A DNA stretch of 64,000 nt from Auanema rhodensis (Eukaryota > Animalia > Nematoda): contig OZ059897.1 in assembly GCA_964057225.1 (NCBI GenBank), forward strand, positions 15,624,001-15,688,000, in the 5' to 3' direction. Below are positions 1-9,087 of this stretch, one piece after another. A program made the position numbers and the translations under genes. Position 1 is the stretch's first letter. Each line of letters opens with the position of its first letter. The notes beneath the pieces are model-generated. The model did no database searches and was not told where the DNA came from. It worked only from the letters and a program-made list of their open reading frames with translations.

Positions 1-466
1 AATCCACAGCCTAAAACGGAGAAGAATCCTCAGCCAAAAGCGGAGAAGAATCCTCAGCCTAAAGCGGAGAAGAATCCACAGCCTAAAACGGAGAAGAATT
101 CTCAGCCTAAAGCGGAGAAGAATCCTCAGCCTAAAGCGGAGAAGAATCCACAGCCTAAAACGGAGAAGAATTCTCAGCCTAAAGCGGAGAAGAATCCTCA
201 GCCTAAAGCGGAGAAGAATCCACAGCCTAAAGTAGAGAAGAATCCACAGTCTAAAGCGGAGAAGAAACCACAGCCTAAAGCGGAGAAGAATCCACAGCCA
301 AAAGCGGAGAAGAATCCACAGCCTAAAGTAGAGAAGAATCCACAGTCTAAAGCGGAGAAGAAACCACAGCCAAAAGCGGAGAAGAATCCACAGCCTAAAG
401 TAGAGAAGAATCCACAGTCTAAAGCGGAGAAGAAACCACAGCCTAAAGCGGAGAAGAATCCACAGC
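1..466 (+). repeat. 24-bp coding minisatellite (AATCCACAGCCTAAAGCGGAGAAG)n, at least 19 units, encoding (N/K)(P/S)Q(P/S)K(A/T/V)EK
   Basis: Direct reading: exact 24-bp period, no indels, no stops in frame +1, synonymous CCA/CCT variation. It continues beyond the left edge. Confidence 0.95.
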
Positions 467-2743
467 TACTGCATAGAAGTGCTCCATCGTCGATCAACAA
501 GGATTTTTTTCAATATTATATACCTAAAGTCAAAAGTCAGATTATTGATACAGGCAATTAAACTTTATCTTGAACACGAGTCAATAATTAATTAAATTTT
601 AGATCCATGTAAAGATTTAAATGATGCTATACTTGTTTTTCGAAAGGATCGGGCACAAGGAATGAAGACTATTGCAGACACAGTTCAGAAATATGCTTTT
701 CAATTGGCATTACATGACGAGTCCTATAAAGATCGACAAACATACACTACTTATCTATCATCATCTCTGGCACCACCATATCGCTTGGAATGTATCATAG
801 AGAACTCGAAAGGAAAACTCAACGGATGGTCTGAAAGAGAAATGATTTCTGCTAAAATTTGGAGAACTTGTGACAGTGGAGAAGATGAACTATGTGTATT
901 ACCGTTAATCATATTATCAATTGATTCTAATGGATATCAATCTTTCATCCGTTTAATTGCTCCATCATCATCTCATAAGATGTTAACTTTAGTTTTAAAG
1001 AATGGTTCAAGATTTAAGGCTAATCTTAAGCTATCTTCTAATTGCTGTCAGCAATTAAATATTCAACGTTTCCAAAGTTTTATACAAAACAGTTCTTCAA
1101 TTGCTCTGATATATCTTCAACTTTATGCGTCATCATTGACATCATCAGAAAAAAAGAATATTTGCTTCCCCTATTTTCCGAAAAACATATATCACATCAG
1201 CCAATTAATAAGCCTGCAAGGAAAGAAACTCTGTTTGAATAACGAACAATACAAAGCTATACAGCTAGCATGTAGTGATCACCCGTCTGTAGCAATTCAA
1301 TCTGCTTTCGGATCAGGTAAAACCTTAGTAGCAGCATTGATAGCTGCATGCTTTGCTTCAAGTTCACAAAACAAAACAGTTTTAATAGTATCTGAGACGA
1401 ATGCCGCTGTAGCACAGATTGCTAAGACGCTTAATAATTTAGACGATTTTCAATATCTGAATCCTATCCGCATCGTTGCTGATTCTGCTGACACTTTCAG
1501 TCGTCTATTATTTTCTCGATCTGGAGAAACGAATATCGATCTTCATAAACTATTTGACCGAATTTTGACTTATGATTTAAGTGGCCCCGAACGTACTTTA
1601 ATTTTAAAATTCAAACAAAAGTATGATATATTAGAGAAATACGTAACGGATGCTTCATCACGCCTTAACCTTGTTCAACCACCCAGAAAACAAACTGATC
1701 AAGAAGCTGATATTGGGTTCAAATTTCAACAATTGGGCATGACAATCCAAAATGACTTCAGGCGAGTCGTTGAAATAGTACTCAGATACCACAAACCTCG
1801 CATAATCGGAATCACTGCAAGTAAACTTTTGAAAGCATTGGAAAATAAAGCAACCAATGTGCATTCTATTGAATACTTTGCTTTAAATTCTGAAATGGTT
1901 ATCATTGATGAAGCTTCTCAACTTGCTGAAATTACTTTCCTGCAACTTCTCTCTCAACTACCAAATGCCAAATTCCGTCTAATAGGTGATCTTTACCAGT
2001 TACATCCTCATGCTAAGCTATCTTCCTCTCACCCTCTGGTGAAAGTTGGAGCACGCTCATCATTACAACTGTTTGAAAATGCTGTTACTAAAGGAAGATC
2101 TGCCATGGCCCACTTGAACAGTACATATCGCAGTCATCCAACTCTGGTTATGCTTCCGAACAAACTATTTTACAAAGGAAAACTGAGAAGTGGAACATCG
2201 TCACGAGAAAAAGATGAAGTTTTGAATTTACTAAACTTTCCTAATAAGAATACTCCGATGGCTTTTATTGATACTCCAAGCATTCATTATCGAAATGATT
2301 CAACTAGATCTCTCGGAAACAAAATTGAACAAAAGGTTTGCTTGGACCTCGTATGTTCTCTTTTGAATTTGGGAATTGCTCCGTCAAGAATATCTATTGT
2401 AACGTTCTATTTGGAGCAAAGAAAAGCTGTGAAAGATTTGTTTCAACCGAATAATAAAACCAATCAGGTTGCTATTAATACTGTGGATTCAATACAAGGA
2501 ACTGAATATGACATTGTTATTATTTTAACAACTAAGACAAAGTTTCATGCTAAAGAAGAGTTTCTTGTAAACTCACATCGGGTAAACGTTTCTATTACTC
2601 GAGCTAAATTAGCACAATTCATAATCGGGAGTCGAAGTTCACTAAGATCATTGAATATATGGAAAGATTTAGTAGACTGGTTCCAAGAGCAAAATGCTAT
2701 TATTAATTCTGATGGTATGAAAAAACTTTTTGATAGAAAATAA
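1..2743 (+). CDS. Upf1/DNA2-NAM7-like superfamily-1B helicase (AAA_11/AAA_12 type) with a probable N-terminal NPQPKAEK-repeat exon; 5'-truncated by the window. Model: <1..553 (or ..535) + 603..2743
   Basis: ORF 662-2743 has ordered SF1B motifs: Q motif LNNEQYKAI, Walker A QSAFGSGKT, Ia VSETNAAV, Walker B IIDEASQ, III IGDLYQLHP, IV LNSTYRSHP, V TVDSIQGTEYDIVII, VI RVNVSITRAK. The frame stays open upstream of the ATG to a TTTTAG acceptor at 597-602. Frame +1 is open from base 1 to 558 and offers phase-matched donors (CAG|GC at 553/554 or AAA|GT at 535/536). AATAAA at 2824-2829. The helicase call is strong; the junction to the repeat exon is inferred. Confidence 0.85.
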
Positions 2744-3208
2744 ATTATATTAGCAACTGAATTGTTTTATATTTGTATTATATCAATATCTGTATCTGTA
2801 TCTATATCTATTATTTCTTTTTTAATAAATTTAATTTGTAACTATGCCATGATATTATATTGTTTTATAAACTTTGAGACCATTTTATTCGACAGAAATA
2901 TTATTTCAACATATTATGTTATTTCATTGAATGAATAAGTTAAAATGTGAAGACCAAGATCCGATTTCAGGGTAGATGAATTTACATTCTATCTTTAAAT
3001 TAAACTTCTTATATACTAAGTAGAAACTAATGCTAAAAATGTAAGAGTTATACTGTACGTGGGTGTACGCAAGTTTCATTCGACATTTTCAATTCAACGT
3101 TTATTCAAGAAAAATTTGAAATTTCTGCTGATTAATCAAAGCTTTTTGTTTAAAACACTTTGGAAAATCTTTCAAATTTCAAATTATTCTTTTTTTATAG
3201 TATAAACC

Positions 3209-3934
3209 ATGTGTGATTATGATAAATATCAAGAGCAATTACGCCATCCTGACAATCCTGTTGTTTTCATGGAAATGACTGCTGGTGGAGCTCCAATCGG
3301 AACTATTGTTGTAAGTTGATTAATTTCTATTTTTTTTGATAATCAATCATAGATGGAATTATTTGCTGATATATGTCCTAAAACAGCTGAAAATTTCCGG
3401 CAGTTTTGTACTGGCGAATATAGGAAAGACAGTTTACCCCTTGGATATAAGAACAGCCAATTCCACAGAGTCATCAAGGACTTCATGATTCAAGGAGGAG
3501 ACTTCGTTAATGTATTCTTACTTTCTTACTTTTCGTTTCCTCTCTTATTACTTTTTCAGGGAGACGGGACTGGATTAACTAGTATATACGGAGCTAAATT
3601 CCGGGATGAAAATTTCGAACTTACTCATACAGGTCCAGGAATACTTTCTATGGTAGATATTGCAAAAGCTGCAGTTGTAATCATTTTTTTAAAGGCTAAT
3701 GCTGGTTCTGATACAAATGGCTGCCAATTTTTCATAACTTGTTCTAAAACTTCTTTCCTTGATGGCAAGCATGTCGTTTTCGGTTGGCATAGGTTTTATG
3801 ATTAGTTTAATAGCTTTTTTTAAGGAAAAGTTCTTGACGGTTTACTAACAGTCAGAAAAATTGAAAATGTTCCTACTGGGGCGAATAATAAGCCGAAGAT
3901 TCCAATTGTTATCGCTCAATGTGGCCAGTTATAA
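3209..3934 (+). CDS. cyn-11: Cyclophilin H (PPIH, U4/U6-associated PPIase). Exons 3209-3310, 3353-3511, 3560-3652, 3695-3782, 3825-3934
   Basis: The spliced translation [34 protein letters not shown]|[23 protein letters not shown]...[15 protein letters not shown]...[17 protein letters not shown]...[40 protein letters not shown] closely matches C. elegans CYN-11 as I recall it. Four GT-AG introns of 42, 48, 42 and 42 nt keep the frame. Likely trans-splice acceptor TTTTATAG at 3193-3200. Confidence 0.95.
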
Positions 3935-4099
3935 TTTTTTCTGTTATTACTTTAATTATTATTGTTTCTCTTGTGTACAAATGGTCTCACACTCTTATGA
4001 ACTATGATAAGTCTTTAGTCTTTCGTTCGAGTCAAGGTTATATGCCTTCTTGTTTTATATAATCTATTGATGATTATAATTCATAATTCTATATATTAG

Positions 4100-4928
4100 A
4101 TGGAATATCGCTTTAAAGTTGTTTTACTCGGCGAAGGAGCTGTAGGAAAATCATCTCTTCTTTTACGTTACGTCGAGAATAAATTTGTGTCGAAACACAA
4201 TTCTACAATTCAGGTATGTAGCTTAATTCTTTCTGTCCAAGTCATCAATTTATTTATATTAGGCATCTTTTCTTTCAAAGTCAATAACAGTTGATGATAA
4301 ATTGATTGAATTAAATATATGGGATACTGCTGGACAGGAGAAATATCATGCATTGGGGCCAATTTACTATAGGTTTTTAAAGTTCTTATGCAAGTCTTAT
4401 AATTTTTTCTTCAGAGGTAGTCACGGGGCTCTTCTGATATATGACATAACAGATCAACAATCATTTGCTAAGGTATTATCCTTTTTCTGTTATTTAATTA
4501 ATTCAAAATCTAGGTAAAAGTTTGGGTGAAAGAGTTACAACGAGCCTTGGGAGATTCAGTTTCCCTTTATATAATTGGAAATAAATTAGATTTAGAAAGT
4601 GAGCGAACTGTCTCATTCGAGGAAGCTAGAAGGTATCGAATCGTATTTGGTACCCATAATGCCATGTATTCTAGTTATGCCGATACAGTGTTAGCTTCCT
4701 ATGCGGAAACTTCTGCCAAAGAAAACTTGGGAATCACCACAGTTTTCGAAGATCTTTGCCGATGTGAGATTTCATCTTTATAGAGTTTTAAATATTTATT
4801 ATTTTTAAGCTATGCTCGAATCAGCTAAAGAAAATCCAAATCTAAATCGATCAACTAATAGCACCCGTCGAACGATCGAATTAGTTGATGATGTGACTTC
4901 TTCCAGAAAAGGAAAATGCTGTAAATAA
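4100..4928 (+). CDS. rab-21: Rab21 small GTPase. Exons 4100-4213, 4263-4372, 4415-4472, 4514-4632, 4675-4763, 4810-4928
   Basis: GEGAVGKS, effector motif STIQASF, WDTAGQEKYHALGPIYYRGSHGA (Rab21-typical), GNKLD, ETSAK and C-terminal KGKCCK* prenylation motif. Five GT-AG introns of 49, 42, 41, 42 and 46 nt keep the frame. AATAAA at 5162-5167. Confidence 0.95.
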
Positions 4929-5292
4929 TAAGCGTAATATAAAATGTTGTATAGATTACTCACTTTTCGTGGAATGTTTGAAGGGAAGCTTGCTACTTAT
5001 TGCCGTATATCGTATGTACTTCACTCTTTTTTTTCTTACCATATCGAGCCAAAGTTTATGAACGCAAAGTCATATTTTCCCTTTTCTTTCCTTTGATTGT
5101 ATGATATTACTGGTAGGCTCCAATCGTTTTCTAGTCTTTTAAATACAAGAATTGAGTCCTTAATAAATTATTTTTTGTTTATTTTTCTTTGAAGTCTTGA
5201 CAATGTTTAGCAATCTATCTCTAAATTTGTTTTATGATGCCTCTTGTTCAGAAAATTTGATACTTGATTTGAAAGACAAAATCATGCTATCG

Positions 5293-5364
5293 GCCCAAGT
5301 AGTATAGTGGTTAGTACTCCACGTTGTGGCCGTGGCGACACAGGTTCGATTCCTGTCTTGGGCA
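5293..5364 (+). tRNA. tRNA-His (anticodon GUG)
   Basis: Acceptor stem GCCCAAG/CTTGGGC plus discriminator A, D arm GTATAGTGGTTAGTAC, anticodon arm CCACG-TT-GTG-GC-CGTGG, T arm ACAGG-TTCGATT-CCTGT, and downstream T-runs as a Pol III terminator. Confidence 0.96.
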
Positions 5365-5524
5365 TTCCTTTTATACTTTTTTTGAAAAGTAACATTTTGG
5401 ATAAACGTTAGAACTAAGTATATATAACCTTTAATAAACTCTTTAAATGAAATTTAAAGCATTATTTTTAATTTTTTTGCTGTTCGTACAAAACTATTCT
5501 CGATTTTGGATAGCGGAAAAATTT

Positions 5525-7613
5525 GTTGGGTGAATGTTCGATTTTCTCAAAGACCGCAACTGTATTCAAATGAAAATAGTCACAACTTGGGTATTCAAAT
5601 GTGTAGAATCTGATGTTTCAAGTGAGATTTGACGTTGACTTTTCAATTTTCCGGAAACAAGGTTTATATCGACCCTATCCACAAATTTTGTTCACAAAAA
5701 AGTTCAGGCTGTAGGTACGTTGTGTCGGTTGATTGTTCGATTTTCTCAAAGATCAGCAACTGTATTCAAATGAAAATAGTCACAACTTGGGTATTCAGAT
5801 GTGTAGAATCTGATGTTTCAAGTGAGATTTGACGTTGACTTTTCAATTTTCCGGAAACAAGGTTTATATCGACCCTATCCACAAATTTTGTTCACAAAAA
5901 AGTTCAGGCTGTAGGTACGTTGTGTCGGTTGATTGTTCGATTTTCTCAAAGATCAGCAACTGTATTCAAATGAAAATAGTCACAACTTGGGTATTCAGAT
6001 GTGTAGAATCTGATGTTTCAAGTGAGATTTGACGTTGACTTTTCAATTTTCCGGAAACAAGGTTTATATCGACCCTATCCACAAATTTTGTTCACAAAAA
6101 AGTTCAGGCTGTAGGTACGTTGTGTCGGTTGATTGTTCGATTTTCTCAAAGATCAGCAACTGTATTCAAATGAAAATAGTCACAACTTGGGTATTCAGAT
6201 GTGTAGAATCTGATGTTTCAAGTGAGATTTGACGTTGACTTTTCAATTTTCCGGAAACAAGGTTTATATCGACCCTATCCACAAATTTTGTTCACAAAAA
6301 AGTTCAGGCTGTAGGCACGTTGTGTCGGTTGATTGTTCGATTTTCTCAAAGATCAGCAACTGTATTCAAATGAAAATAGTCACAACTTGGGTATTCAGAT
6401 GTGTAGAATCTGATGTTTCAAGTGAGATTTGACGTTGACTTTTCAATTTTCCGGAAACAAGGTTTATATCGACCCTATCCACAAATTTTGTTCACAATAA
6501 AGTTCAGGCTGTAGGTACGTTGTGTCGGTTGATTGTTCGATTTTCTCAAAGATCAGCAACTGTATTCAAATGAAAATAGTCACAACTTGGGTATTCAGAT
6601 GTGTAGAATCTGATGTTTCAAGTGAGATTTGACGTTGACTTTTCAATTTTCCGGAAACAAGGTTTATATCGACCCTATCCACAAATTTTGTTCACAAAAA
6701 AGTTCAGGCTGTAGGCACGTTGTGTCGGTTGATTGTTCGATTTTCTCAAAGATCAGCAACTGTATTCAAATGAAAATAGTCACAACTTGGGTATTCAGAT
6801 GTGTAGAATCTGATGTTTCAAGTGAGATTTGACGTTGACTTTTCAATTTTCCGGAAACAAGGTTTATATCGACCCTATCCACAAATTTTGTTCACAAAAA
6901 AGTTCAGGCTGTAGGCACGTTGTGTCGGTTGATTGTTCGATTTTCTCAAAGATCAGCAACTGTATTCAAATGAAAATGGTCACAACTTGGGTATTCAGAT
7001 GTGTAGAATCTGATGTTTCAAGTGAGATTTGACGTTGACTTTTCAATTTTCCGGAAACAAGGTTTATATCGACCCTATCCACAAATTTTGTTCACGAAAA
7101 AGTTCAGGCTGTAGGTACGTTGTGTCGGTTGATTGTTCGATCTTCTCAAAGATCAGCAACTGTATTCAAATGAAAATAGTCACAACTTGGGTATTCAGAT
7201 GTGTAGAATCTGATGTTTCAAGTGAGATTTGATGTTGACTTTTCAATTTTCCGGAAACAAGGTTTATATCGACCCTATCCACAAATTTTGTTCACAAAAA
7301 AGTTCAGGCTGTAGGTACGTTGTGTCGGTTGATTGTTCGATTTTCTCAAAGATCAGCAACTGTATTCAAATGAAAATAGTCACAACTTGGGTATTCAGAT
7401 GTGTAGAATCTGATGTTTCAAGTGAGATTTGACGTTGACTTTTCAATTTTCCGGAAACAAGGTTTATATCGACCCTATCCACAAATTTTGTTCACAAAAA
7501 AGTTCAGGCTGTGGGTACGTTGTGTCGGTTGATTGTTCGATTTTCTCAAAGATCAGCAACTGTATTCAAATGAAAATAGTCACAACTTGGGTATTCAGAT
7601 GTGTAGAATCTGA
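5525..7613. repeat. 200-bp tandem satellite, sub-array 1 (about 10.4 monomers)
   Basis: Exact 200-bp period (e.g. GACGTTGACTTTTC at 5631, 5831, 6031 and onward) with only scattered SNPs. The left edge is degenerate. Confidence 0.97.
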
Positions 7614-9087
7614 ATTTCCTAGTGAGATCAAGTCGGAATTTCTGTTTTTCTCCGAAAAAGGGTTTTTCTAATTTAGATTAATCATCTTAAATTAAATGTT
7701 TCAATGTTTAGTTCACTAATGAAGTCGAAAAAAGTTGAATAAAATGTAAAATAAAAAATAATAAAAAGTAAGTTAACTGAATAAATTTCTAATTAATATA
7801 AATAAGTTTATATATTATTTTTTAAAATAAATAAATAAAATATTTGAACCGAATTAATGATTATCAGTGGAGCGCATCTCCAAAAAGTGTTATTCTCTGG
7901 TATGGTTTTAAAGAAAAAATATGGTTAACAATAATAAATTCAGTATTATTTAACTTGAATATATTAAATCAAACCCGTAGAACCTGAAAAACCGATCAAA
8001 ATTCAAAAATATGGTCAAATTAAAGAGATATAACGACTTGAACATAGCCCTTATAGTAAGGCTATATTGTCTTAAGGTTTATATCATATATCCATTTTTT
8101 ATTTTATCATATAGTTACCAATTATATATAAATGTGGTCAATAGCCGAAAGGATAAGATGACAGACTGACAACCAAACAGTCCTAGATCGACTCCCCTAG
8201 GATACTGAACAGAACATAAGGTAAGACAAAGATTATAGAAAAGAGCCCAAGGATCAGGAGCCCAAGGATCAGGAGCCCGAGGATCAGGAGCCGCAGGATC
8301 AGGGGCCCAAGAATCAGGAGTCGGAGGACGAGGAGCCGAAGGATCAGGAGACCGATGGCGAAGAGCCCAAGGATAAGGAGCCGGAGGATCGGCAGCCCGA
8401 GGCCCAAGAATCAGGAGCCCGAGGACGAAGAGCCCAAGGATCAGGAGCCGGAGGATCAGGAGCTCGAGGACGAAGAGCCCAAGGATCAGGAACTCGAAGA
8501 CCAAGAGCCCAAGGATCAAGAGCCCGAGAAGGAGAAGCCTCGAGGAGGAGGAGCCGAGGAGCAGGATGCCAAAGATCAGAAGCCTGAGGATCAGGATGCC
8601 AAGGATCAGAAGCCTGAGGATCGGGAGCCGAGGAGGAGAAGCCCGAGGAGGAGGAGATATGGACTACCTTTTGCCTTCCAAAGACAAGCCCGAAGACGAG
8701 GAACCCAGGACCAGGAACACGAGGACGACGACCCCAGAAGCCTGGGAATCAGGAGCCAGAAAATCAGAAGCCGGAGGACGAGGAGCCCAAGATTCAGGAG
8801 CCGGAGGACGAGGAGCCCGAGAATCAGGAGCCGGAGGATCAGCAGCGCAAGGATCAGGAGAAGGAGGGTCGGGAGCCGAGGAGGAGAAGCCCGAGGAGGA
8901 GGAGATATGGACTACCTTTTGCCTTCCAAAGACAAGCCCGAGGACGAGGAACCCAGGACCAGGAACACAAGGACGAGGACCCCAGAAGCCCGAGGAGATC
9001 TGTGCAACCAGCAAATGATCTAGGAAGAAAATTTTAGCATACCGAGTATGAGAAGACCAACGACGAGAAACCCGAAAACGAGCCCAC
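7614..9087. repeat. 1,474-bp satellite-embedded cassette, copy 1 (degenerate monomer tail + AT-rich leader + GC/purine-rich 15-bp repeat block)
   Basis: Repeated essentially base-for-base at 11623-13096 (offset 4,009). The ORF-track translations of the two copies are identical. Confidence 0.95.
8240..9023 (+). pseudogene. Frameshifted relic of an acidic pentapeptide-repeat protein, (EP[K/E]D[Q/E])n, copy 1
   Basis: 15-bp unit GAGCCCAAGGATCAG. Variation is largely synonymous or conservative in the EPKDQ frame (CCC/CCG/CCT, GAT/GAC, GAG/GAA, K/E, Q/E), but that frame is broken by several small indels and upstream in-frame stops. Confidence 0.5.

Noticed and set aside
198-500. Minus-strand 100-aa Cys/Phe repeat ORF
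   Set aside because: Antisense shadow of the 24-bp repeat. The + frame shows synonymous variation and links to the helicase.
5784-5793. Satellite minus strand as an SL RNA gene array (TACCCAAGTT shared with SL1; AATTTGTGG resembles an Sm site)
   Set aside because: Only 10 of 22 leader bases match contiguously, there is no GGTTT 5' end, no AG|GT donor after the leader-like stretch, and the Sm-like word is too far away.
5813-5870. piRNA Ruby motif (GTTTC core) in each monomer, on both strands
   Set aside because: Cores are ATGTTTCA and TTGTTTCC, and I find no YRNT at the expected distance of about 40 nt. Small-RNA data would be needed to revive this.
7614-9087. Cassette as a Helitron, MITE or solo LTR
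   Set aside because: No terminal inverted repeats, TG..CA ends, TSD or hairpin+CTRR 3' end at the junctions.
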